A stretch of 60,199 bases of DNA from the NCBI GenBank assembly GCA_045805225.1, contig JBJMLQ010000003.1, positions 1 through 60,199 of the forward strand. Direction: 5' to 3'. This DNA comes from Actinomycetota bacterium. GTDB taxonomy: Bacteria; Actinomycetota; UBA4738; HRBIN12. Under the pieces are notes generated by a model. The model had not been told where the DNA came from. It ran no database searches and saw nothing but the letters and a program-made list of their open reading frames with translations. The position numbers and the translations under genes are program-made. Positions 41,205 through 50,469 of this stretch are shown one piece after another; position 1 is the first letter of the stretch, and each line of letters opens with the position of its first letter.

Positions 41205-41980
41205 GCGACCAATGGGGCGGCCAGCACGAACCGACGCCGCCCGCCGATGTGTCGGGCCTCGGGCGGCCCGAGCAGCACGCGAGCGGCTGGGCGGCCGGTC
41301 CGGCCGCGGCAACAACGGCGGCGCCGGAGAAGGTGCCCATCGAGGACATGCCCACCGCGGGCTCGAGGCTCGCGCGCTACCTCGAGGAGCTCGCGTCCGA
41401 TCAGCCGACCCCCGGCGGAGGTGCGTGGGCGGCGGTGTCGGCGGCGGCCGGTGCCGCGCTGGTCGCGATGGTCGCGCGCCTCACGATCAAGAAGAAGGGG
41501 TACGAGTCGGTCGTGGACCGGATGCGCGCGATCGCCGACGAATGCGACGACGAGCGCTACGCGCTGCTCTCGCTCGCCGATCGCGACGCCGAGGCCTACC
41601 GCGACGTGATGGCGGCCTACCGGCTGCCGAAGAACACGCCCGAAGAGCAGCACACCTGGTCGACGACACTGCAGAAGTCGCTCGAGAAAGCAGCCGACAT
41701 CCCGCTCGAGGTCGCCCGGCGGGCGGTGTACCTCATGGCGCTGGCCGAGGAGACGCTCACCTCGGGCAACCCGAACGCGGCCTCCGACGCGTTGAGCGCT
41801 GCGACCTCGTTGCACGCCGCCGCGCTCTCCGCGCTCGCCAATGTGGACATCAACGCGATCACGTTCATCGACAAGACGCGGCAGCAGGAGTTGAGCGACT
41901 CCGCGAACTCGCTGCGTCACCGGGCCCAGTCGCTCTTGCGCGACGTGAGCGAGGCGTTCTTCATCGCGGTCCACGCCTAG
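41201..41980 (+). CDS. Cyclodeaminase/cyclohydrolase-family protein (FTCD C-domain; formimino-THF cyclodeaminase or methenyl-THF cyclohydrolase)
   Basis: GTGA overlap with the transferase gene. The core is LASDQPTPGGGAWAAVSAAAGAALVAMVARLT...DAEAYRDVMAAYRLPK. It is preceded by a Pro/Ala-rich extension of about 45 aa. Confidence 0.7.
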   Translation: MSDQWGGQHEPTPPADVSGLGRPEQHASGWAAGPAAATTAAPEKVPIEDMPTAGSRLARYLEELASDQPTPGGGAWAAVSAAAGAALVAMVARLTIKKKGYESVVDRMRAIADECDDERYALLSLADRDAEAYRDVMAAYRLPKNTPEEQHTWSTTLQKSLEKAADIPLEVARRAVYLMALAEETLTSGNPNAASDALSAATSLHAAALSALANVDINAITFIDKTRQQELSDSANSLRHRAQSLLRDVSEAFFIAVHA

Positions 41981-41989
41981 CGGGGACGC

Positions 41990-43660
41990 TCAGAACAAGC
42001 CGACGGTGCGGCCCTCGGCGTCGATGTCGACGCCCATGAAGTTCGGCGTGGCGCCGAGCCCCGGCATCCGCTGCATGTCGCCGCACAGCACGACCACGAA
42101 GCCGGCCCCGGCACTCGGCACGACGCCGCGCACGGGCAGCCGGAACCCACGGGGCCGGTTCAGCGACAGCGGGTCGTGGCTGAGCGACAGATGGGTCTTC
42201 GCCATGCAGACCGGCACGGCGCCGAACCCGAGCTCGTCCATCCGCGCGATGTCCTTGTCGGCCTGGGGCAGGTAGTCGACGCCGTCGGCGCCGTACAGGC
42301 GCGTCGCGATCGCCTCGATCTGGTCCTTCAGCGGCGTGCCGGCTGGCGTCAGCTGATGGAACGTGTTCGGGCGCTCGCACGCCTCGACCACGGCCTCCGC
42401 GAGCTCGGTCGCCCCGGCGCCCCCGTCGGCGAAACCGCGGTTCACGACGACCGTCTCGGCGCCGGCACCGACCGCGAGCTCGCGGATCAGCGCGATCTCG
42501 GCGTCCGTATCGCTCGGGAAGTTGTTGATCGAGACGACACAGGGCAGGCCGTACTCGCGCAGGATCCCGACGTGCGCGGTCAGGTTGTCGATCCCTCGCT
42601 TGAGCGCGTCGAGGTCCTCGGTGCCCAGATCGGTGAACGCCATCCCCCCGTGCGACTTGGTCGCGCGCACGGTCGTCACGAGCACGCCGGCGCTGGGCGC
42701 GAACCCGCCGAACCGGCAGACGATGTCGCAGAACTTCTGGAACCCGAGGTCGCTCGCGAATCCGGCCTCGGTGATCACGTAGTCGGCGAGCTTCAGCGCG
42801 ATCCGGTCCTCGATGATCGAGTTGTTCGCGTGCGCGATGTTGCCGAACGGCCCCGCGTGCAGGAACACGGGCTGGTGCTCGAGGGTCTGAACGAGGTTCG
42901 GCTCGATCGCGTCGCGCATGATCACCGTCATCGCGCCGGCGGCCTTGAGATCGTCGGCGGTGACCGGGCGGCCGTCGCGCGACGAGGCCACGATGATGCG
43001 GCCGAGGCGCGCCCGCAGGTCGGGCAGATCGCTCGCCAGCGCGAGGACGGCCATGATCTCCGAGGCCGCGGTGATCACGAAGCTCTCCTGGCGCGGGACG
43101 CCGTGCACCTTGCCGCCGAGGCCGATCACCGTGTTGCGGAGCTCGCGATCGTTCACGTCCAGGGTGCGGGGCCAGGTGATCGTCTGCGCGTCGATGTCGA
43201 GCGGGTTGCCGTGGTAGATCGACGCGTCCAGGGCGGCGGAGAGCAGGTTGTGCGCCGCCGTGATCGCATGGAAGTCGCCGTTCAGGTGGAGGTTGATCTC
43301 CTCCATCGGCACCACCTGCGCGTAGCCGCCGCCCGTGCCGCCGCCCTTGATCCCGAACACCGGTCCCATCGAGGGCTCGCGCAGGGCGAGGATCACGTCC
43401 TTGCCGATCGCACCGAGGCCCTGCGTGAGCGACACCGATGTCGTGGTCTTGCCCTCGCCGGCCTTCGTCGGCGTGATCGCCGTCGTGATGACGAGCTTGC
43501 CGTCGGGCCGGTCGGCGAGCCGGTCCAGGATCGACAGCGAGACCTTGGCCCGGGTCGCGCCGTACGGGCGGAGCTCGCCGGGCTCGATCCCGGCGTCGGC
43601 GGCGACCTCGGCGATCGGCCGCAGCTCCGCCGCTTGGGCGATCTCGAGTCCGGACAGCAT
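41990..43660 (-). CDS. fhs: Formate--tetrahydrofolate ligase
   Basis: 556 aa. TPTKAGEGKTTTSVSL, GGGYAQVVPMEEINLHLNGDFHAI and NIAHANNS are present, with full-length colinearity to Fhs. Confidence 0.92.
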   Translation of the reverse strand: MLSGLEIAQAAELRPIAEVAADAGIEPGELRPYGATRAKVSLSILDRLADRPDGKLVITTAITPTKAGEGKTTTSVSLTQGLGAIGKDVILALREPSMGPVFGIKGGGTGGGYAQVVPMEEINLHLNGDFHAITAAHNLLSAALDASIYHGNPLDIDAQTITWPRTLDVNDRELRNTVIGLGGKVHGVPRQESFVITAASEIMAVLALASDLPDLRARLGRIIVASSRDGRPVTADDLKAAGAMTVIMRDAIEPNLVQTLEHQPVFLHAGPFGNIAHANNSIIEDRIALKLADYVITEAGFASDLGFQKFCDIVCRFGGFAPSAGVLVTTVRATKSHGGMAFTDLGTEDLDALKRGIDNLTAHVGILREYGLPCVVSINNFPSDTDAEIALIRELAVGAGAETVVVNRGFADGGAGATELAEAVVEACERPNTFHQLTPAGTPLKDQIEAIATRLYGADGVDYLPQADKDIARMDELGFGAVPVCMAKTHLSLSHDPLSLNRPRGFRLPVRGVVPSAGAGFVVVLCGDMQRMPGLGATPNFMGVDIDAEGRTVGLF

Positions 43661-43729
43661 GGGCGAACGCTCCTTGCAACGGTTGGAACACCGGACGATA
43701 GCGCAGCGAGGTACCGGCCCGAGAATCGT

Positions 43730-43758
43730 GGTGACCGCCCGTCTGACTTCTGGTCACC
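43730..43758. promoter_or_regulatory. Inverted repeat in the divergent fhs/fdhD intergenic region (operator or leader hairpin candidate)
   Basis: GGTGACC (43730-43736) and GGTCACC (43752-43758) are separated by 15 nt, inside the 123-bp divergent region. Confidence 0.25.
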
Positions 43759-43783
43759 GCGCGCGGCGACGATACTGGAGGCC

Positions 43784-44620
43784 ATGGCCGCTCCCGAGCA
43801 GGTTCGACGAAACGTCACCCCCGTGCGAGTGGTCGCGGTCCACGGTGGCGCCCGCACCGAGCGGGCCGACGCGCTCGCCACCGAGGAGCCGCTCGAGATC
43901 CGCGCGCAAGGACCGGGCCAGGACGCGGAGCGGGTCGCCGTGACGATGCGCACCCCCGGCGGCGACTTCGAGCTCGCCGCCGGGTTCCTGTTCACGGAAG
44001 GGCTGGCGACCGCCGATGACGTCCGCCGTGTCGCGTACTGCGACGACCTCGACGACGAGGACCAGCGATACAACGTCGTGACCGTCACGCTCGGGCGGCC
44101 GTTCGATGCGACGCGCCTGTCGCGGAACTTCTACGCGACGTCGTCCTGCGGCGTGTGCGGCAAGGCATCGCTGGACGACATCGCGGTGCGATGCGACGTC
44201 GTCGCCCCGGGGTTCGCCGTCGACGCCGACGTGCTCGTGTCGCTCCCGGAGCGGCTCCGCGAGGCGCAGCGTGTGTTCGACCGCACCGGCGGCCTGCACG
44301 CGGCGGGCCTGTTCGACGGCGAGGGTTCGGTGCTGTCGGTGCGCGAGGACGTCGGGCGCCATAACGCCGTGGACAAAGTGATCGGGGAGCAGCTGCTGGC
44401 CGGTCGGGTGCCGCTCGCGGACCGCGTCCTGCAGGTCTCGGGTCGCGCGTCGTTCGAGATCGTGCAGAAGGCGGCCGTCGCCGGGATCCCCGTCGTGAGC
44501 GCCGTCAGCGCGCCGTCATCGCTCGCCGTCGACGCCGGAGACCGGCTCGGCGTCACGGTCGTCGGGTTCGTTCGCGACGGTCGCTGCAACGTCTACTCGC
44601 ATCCGGGCCGCATCCTCTGA
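43784..44620 (+). CDS. fdhD: Formate dehydrogenase accessory sulfurtransferase FdhD
   Basis: GGAGG RBS before ATG 43784. The catalytic-loop motif ATSSCGVCGK, plus GRHNAVDK and SGRASFE, are present. Confidence 0.85.
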   Translation: MAAPEQVRRNVTPVRVVAVHGGARTERADALATEEPLEIRAQGPGQDAERVAVTMRTPGGDFELAAGFLFTEGLATADDVRRVAYCDDLDDEDQRYNVVTVTLGRPFDATRLSRNFYATSSCGVCGKASLDDIAVRCDVVAPGFAVDADVLVSLPERLREAQRVFDRTGGLHAAGLFDGEGSVLSVREDVGRHNAVDKVIGEQLLAGRVPLADRVLQVSGRASFEIVQKAAVAGIPVVSAVSAPSSLAVDAGDRLGVTVVGFVRDGRCNVYSHPGRIL

Positions 44621-45112
44621 GGACGTCCGGCGACGCGATCCACCCCAGTCGTAGACCACATGTGTGCCGACGATCAGGTCCTGCACGCTGCGCTGCTGGC
44701 GGCTGATCGCGACCCACACGAGCAGCAGCGGCGCGACCGCGCACAGCACCGCGCGGGCCACGGCGCGGACGCCGCCCACCTCGGTGTTGTCCATCGTGCG
44801 CACGCGCAGGCCGAGCAGGTGGTCGCCGTAGGTGCGGCCGTTGGTCCGCCAGCCGAACGCCATGTAGACGATCCACGCGCCGACGCCGACGGCGTAGGCC
44901 AGCCGATAGCTCACGATGGGGAACGTGAAGGACGCGCCGCGACGAAGGAACAGCAGTCCGGCGACGCCGAGGTAGCCTCCCGCGAGGAGCGCCGCGACCA
45001 CGACGAGATCGACGACGTTCGCGAGCGTTCTCGTCACGAGACCGGCCGGCTCCCCGTGGAACGATCGCGCCTCGCGCGGGACGGTGTCGAAGGCCGTCTG
45101 TCGCGCCGTCAT
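44516..45112 (-). CDS. RDD-family membrane protein
   Basis: ATG 45112 overlaps the upstream gene's stop (ATGA). TRTLANVVDLVVVAALL...GRTYGDHLLGLRV has three TM helices and the RDD pattern. Its tail of about 45 aa runs antisense into the fdhD 3' end. Confidence 0.65.
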   Translation of the reverse strand: MTARQTAFDTVPREARSFHGEPAGLVTRTLANVVDLVVVAALLAGGYLGVAGLLFLRRGASFTFPIVSYRLAYAVGVGAWIVYMAFGWRTNGRTYGDHLLGLRVRTMDNTEVGGVRAVARAVLCAVAPLLLVWVAISRQQRSVQDLIVGTHVVYDWGGSRRRTSSEDAARMRVDVAATVANEPDDRDAEPVSGVDGER

Positions 45113-45951
45113 CGCCGGCTCCCGTTGGACCGGCCCAGGAGGCGATCGACCGCCCGCCCGATCGCGCGATCGGCTTCGACGCCCCGCAGGCGCACGTCGC
45201 GGACGCCCTCCGACGCCGTATCGGTCGTCGCCTCGCGGATCACCTGCGGGATATCGAGGTCGTCGATCACGCCGGACGCCACCGCGGGCAGGTCGACCCG
45301 GTCGAGCAACGCCTGCATGTCGATCCGCTCGGTGAGGCGCTCCATGTCGATCCGGTCGAGCAGCCGGTTCATGTCGATCCGGTCGAGCAGGCGATCCATG
45401 TCGAGCCTCGCCGCCAGGGCGTCCACGTCGAGGTCGGCGACCAGCGTCTGGATGTCGATCGCCGACGCGACCCGCTGGATGTCCAGGTGATCCAGCACGA
45501 GGCTCGTCAGGTCCAGCTGGTCCAGGAGCGTGTCGACCGCACGCTGGAAGGTGGCGCGCAGCTGCTCGTCGGCGGCGCGCTGCCGATCGTCCTCGTGCCG
45601 GTCGTCCCAGCTCGACCGCCAGTGGTCGAGCAGCTCCCCGACGCTCTCCGCGGCGCCGGTCGAGCCGATCGTCGGTCCGGCGGCGCGCTCGATCGAGCCG
45701 AGTACGGGCGTGGCCGCGCGCAGTCCTTCGAGGAACAGTCCGGCGCCGGCCGCGACGAACGCCGCCACGCCGGCGGAGCGTTCGTCGGTCTCCTCGCCGT
45801 CCAGCGCGGACACGACCAACCCGGCACCGAAGGAGACGATCCCGGCCAAGAAGTCGATGCCGCGTTCGGTCGCGCTCGGCCCCGTATCCGCCGTCTGCGA
45901 ACCGGGCTCCGTGGGGAGATCGTGGATCGGGATCGATTCCGGCTCGCGCAT
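45109..45951 (-). CDS. Hypothetical protein with a tandem nonapeptide (LD/ID-x3-L-x3) repeat array
   Basis: GGGAGG lies 9 nt upstream of ATG 45951 (ATG 45960 is the alternative). The N-terminal half has two hydrophobic Gly/Ala segments. The C-terminal half has about 9 consecutive 9-aa repeats (LDMDRLLDR IDMNRLLDR IDMERLTER IDMQALLDR ...). Confidence 0.55.
   Translation of the reverse strand: MREPESIPIHDLPTEPGSQTADTGPSATERGIDFLAGIVSFGAGLVVSALDGEETDERSAGVAAFVAAGAGLFLEGLRAATPVLGSIERAAGPTIGSTGAAESVGELLDHWRSSWDDRHEDDRQRAADEQLRATFQRAVDTLLDQLDLTSLVLDHLDIQRVASAIDIQTLVADLDVDALAARLDMDRLLDRIDMNRLLDRIDMERLTERIDMQALLDRVDLPAVASGVIDDLDIPQVIREATTDTASEGVRDVRLRGVEADRAIGRAVDRLLGRSNGSRR
45289..45531. repeat. 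Coding tandem repeat, 27-bp period, about 9 units
   Basis: On the plus strand, units begin at 45316, 45343, 45370 and 45397 (CATGTCGA...), at 45424 (CACGTCGA) and at 45451 and 45478 (GATGTC...). The spacing is strictly 27 nt, and the three central units are near-identical. Confidence 0.8.
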
Positions 45952-46035
45952 CACCAGCATCCTCCCGCATTTCACCGCATCTGCCCCCGTCCGGCTCGCC
46001 GGTGCCGTGTCGGTCCACCTGGCTAGGCTCGCGCC

Positions 46036-46599
46036 GTGCCTGAGCGATGTGCATGGGTGCCGGCTGCGGACGACCGGTACCTCGCGTACCACGACGAGGA
46101 GTGGGGGGTGCCGAGCCACGACGAGCGGCACCTGTTCGAGATGCTCACGCTCGAAGGCGCGCAGGCCGGGCTCTCCTGGCGGACGATCCTGTACAAGCGC
46201 CCCGGCTATCGCACCGCGTTCGCCGGGTTCGACGCGTCGAAGGTTGCGCGGTTCACCCCCGCGAAGATCGAGCGCCTGCTCGCCGATGCCTCGATCGTGC
46301 GGAACCGCCTCAAGGTCGAGTCGGCCGTCGCCAACGCCCGCGCGGTCGTGGCGCTGGAGGGAACGCTCGACGAGCTGCTCTGGTCGTTCGTCGACGGCCG
46401 GCCCGTGGCCGGCGGGTGGGGGAGCCTCGATGCGATCCCCGCTGAGACGCCGGTGTCACGCGCGATGTCGAAGGAGCTCAAGCGCCGCGGCTTCCGGTTC
46501 GTCGGGCCGACGGTGTGCTACGCCTTGATGCAGGCCACGGGCATGGTGAACGACCATGTGACGTCGTGTTTCCGCTACCCGGAGCTGGGCGGCCGATGA
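46036..46599 (+). CDS. tag: DNA-3-methyladenine glycosylase I
   Basis: 187 aa. YHDEEWGVPSHDERHLFEMLTLEGAQAGLSW...VGPTVCYALMQATGMVNDH is the Tag signature. Confidence 0.85.
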   Translation: MPERCAWVPAADDRYLAYHDEEWGVPSHDERHLFEMLTLEGAQAGLSWRTILYKRPGYRTAFAGFDASKVARFTPAKIERLLADASIVRNRLKVESAVANARAVVALEGTLDELLWSFVDGRPVAGGWGSLDAIPAETPVSRAMSKELKRRGFRFVGPTVCYALMQATGMVNDHVTSCFRYPELGGR

Positions 46600-46700
46600 T
46601 CGCTTATCGGCGTGCCCGCCAGCGGTGATTCCCGGCGCTCGGCAGGCCGGTCGTACGATACGGGCATCCGAACGTCCGCATGGAAGGAGAACCTGCATCG

Positions 46701-48626
46701 ATGTCGGCCACGATGACCCGGCTGACCGAGCCGATGGTTCGCGAGCACGGCGAGCTCCGCACCGCCACTTGGGACGAGGCCCTGGACCGGGCCGCCGAGG
46801 GGCTGCGCCGCGCGATGGATCGCAACCCCGGCTGGGGAGCGGGGATCTTCAGCTGTTCGAAAGCGACCAACGAGATGAACTTCGTGGCACAGAAGTTCGC
46901 TCGTCAGGTCCTTCGAACCAACAACATCGATAGCTGCAACCGCACCTGACACGCGCCCTCGGTCGTCGGTCTGGCGACCGTCTTCGGTGCCGGTGGTGGT
47001 ACCAGCTCGTACGAAGAGGTCGAGCACACAGACCTCATCTTGTTGTGGGGTTCGAACGCGCGCGCGGCGCACCCGATCTTCTTCCACCATGTCCTTCGGG
47101 GGATGCAGAACGGTACCCAGTTGATCGTGGTCGACCCTCGGCGCACGGAATCGGCCGCCTTCGCGGATCTGTGGCTCGGCATCGACGTCGGAACCGACAT
47201 CGCGCTGTCGAACGCGATCGCGCGCGAGATCATCGCGAGCGATCTGCACGACCGAACGTTCATCGAGCGCGCGACGGAGAACTTCGAGGAATACGCCGAA
47301 AGCGTGGCCGATTGGACGCTGGAGCGCGGCGCCGCGGTCACGGGCATCCCCGGAGACGTGATCCGCGAGGTCGCCCATCGCTACGCGAAGGCGGATCGGG
47401 CGATGATCTGCTGGACGCTCGGGATCACCGAGCATCACAACGCGGTCGACAACGTCTTGGCGCTGATCAACCTCGGCCTGCTGACCGGCCACGTCGGCAC
47501 GTACGGGAGCGGGCTGAACCCCCTGCGCGGCCAGAACAACGTGCAAGGCGGCGGCGACATGGGCGCGATCCCGAACAAGCTCCCCGGCTTCCAGGACATC
47601 GTCCGCGACCACGAGGCCCGCGCACGGTTCAACGCCGCCTGGGACACCGAGATCATGCCGCGATACGGCTGGCACCTCACCGAGATGTTCCACGCGATGG
47701 AGGAGGGTGCGCTGACCGCGGTCTATTGCATCGGTGAGAACCCGGTCAGCTCCGAGGCCGACAGCCAGCACGCGACGAAGCTGCTGGAGAACCTCGACAC
47801 GTTGATCGTCCAGGACATCTTCATGACGAAGACCGCCGAGATCGCCGATGTGGTTTTCCCGGCCTCGAATTCTTCGTTCGAGTCGGAGGGCACGGTCACC
47901 AACTCCGAGCGCCGGGTTCAGCGGGTCCGCAAGGCGCTCGACCCGCCGGGCGAGGCCAAGGACGACATCTGGATCATCGCTCAGTTGGCGAAGCGACTGG
48001 GCTACGACTGGGGAGACCTGACGCCACGCGAGGCGTGGGACGAACTCCGGTCGCTCTCGCCGATGCACCAGGGCATGACCTGGGAGCGCCTCGACAAGAT
48101 GGGCGGGGCGCAATGGCCGTGTTGGGACGAGGACCACCCGGGCACGCAGTACTTGCATGCGCGGCTGTGGAGCGAGAGTCCCGACGAGCGCCTCCGGCCG
48201 GCGCCGTTCAGCGTCGTGGACGACGATCCGCCGGTGGACGAGCTGTCGGATCAGTACCCGATCCGCCTGACGACCGGCAGACGTCTGGACTCCTACAACA
48301 CCGGGGTGCAGACCGGTGGGTATACGTCGCCGCTGCGCCGTCCCGAGGCGATCGAGCTGTCGCAGGAGGATGCGGGATCCCTCGGGCTGGCCGAGGGTGA
48401 GCAGGCGCTGGTGTCATCTCGCCGCGGTGAGGTTGTCGCGCCGGTCCACGTGTCGAGCGCGCTGCGCCCCGGGCTCGCGTTCATGACCATGCACTTCCCC
48501 GACGAGGTCGAGACGAACCGGCTGACGATCGAGGCGACCGACCCGAGGTCGGGCACCGCGGAGTTCAAGGCGACCGCGATCCGCGTGGAGAAACTGAACG
48601 GGCAAGGGGCGGAGGTAGCCTCCTAG
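46701..48626 (+). CDS. Formate dehydrogenase catalytic (molybdopterin) subunit, selenocysteine-containing; lacks the N-terminal Fe-S domains
   Basis: ORFs 46680-46949 and 47040-48626 are in the same frame and are joined through a single TGA at 46947. Read-through gives NNIDSCNRT-U-HAPSVVGLATVFGAGGG, which is the FDH active-site motif. GGAAGGAG lies 10 nt upstream of ATG 46701. The N-terminus aligns with FdhF immediately after its 4Fe-4S domain. Confidence 0.8.
46947..46949 (+). other. In-frame UGA recoded as selenocysteine (predicted)
   Basis: The TGA occupies exactly the position of the Mo-ligand Sec/Cys in the conserved xxR(V/T)-[U/C]-H-(G/A)-P-S-V motif. The reading frame and homology continue for about 560 codons downstream. 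Confidence 0.7.
46961..46979 (+). promoter_or_regulatory. SECIS-like stem-loop
   Basis: GGUCGUC (46961-46967), loop GGUCU, GGCGACC (46973-46979). This is a 7-bp stem (one U-G pair) starting 11 nt after the UGA. The apical G/U-containing loop is similar in form to the E. coli fdhF SECIS, recalled from memory. Confidence 0.55.
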
Positions 48627-48627
48627 C

Positions 48628-50465
<1,838 letters not shown>

Positions 50466-50469
<4 letters not shown>

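Noticed and set aside
43661-43783. ZTP (pfl), THF or glycine riboswitch in the fhs leader
   Set aside because: I read the minus-strand leader and did not find the conserved pfl 3' element (CCGCCUGGGC-like) or the GACUGGCG-type 5' element. Only a simple GGUGACC/GGUCACC hairpin is present. A covariance-model scan would be needed to be certain.
45289-45531. 27-bp tandem array as a possible CRISPR or non-coding satellite
   Set aside because: The units are contiguous with no spacers, keep a strict multiple-of-3 period and lie inside a long ORF where they encode a regular nonapeptide repeat. There are no cas genes in the window.
46947-46949. TGA interpreted as a genuine stop, making the FDH catalytic gene a pseudogene or two genes
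   Set aside because: The codon sits exactly at the conserved Sec/Cys Mo-ligand position. The same frame continues with strong homology for about 560 codons. There is no plausible RBS or start for the downstream piece until 47040 (an internal Met), and a SECIS-like hairpin follows. Sec recoding is therefore the better explanation, pending detection of sel genes.
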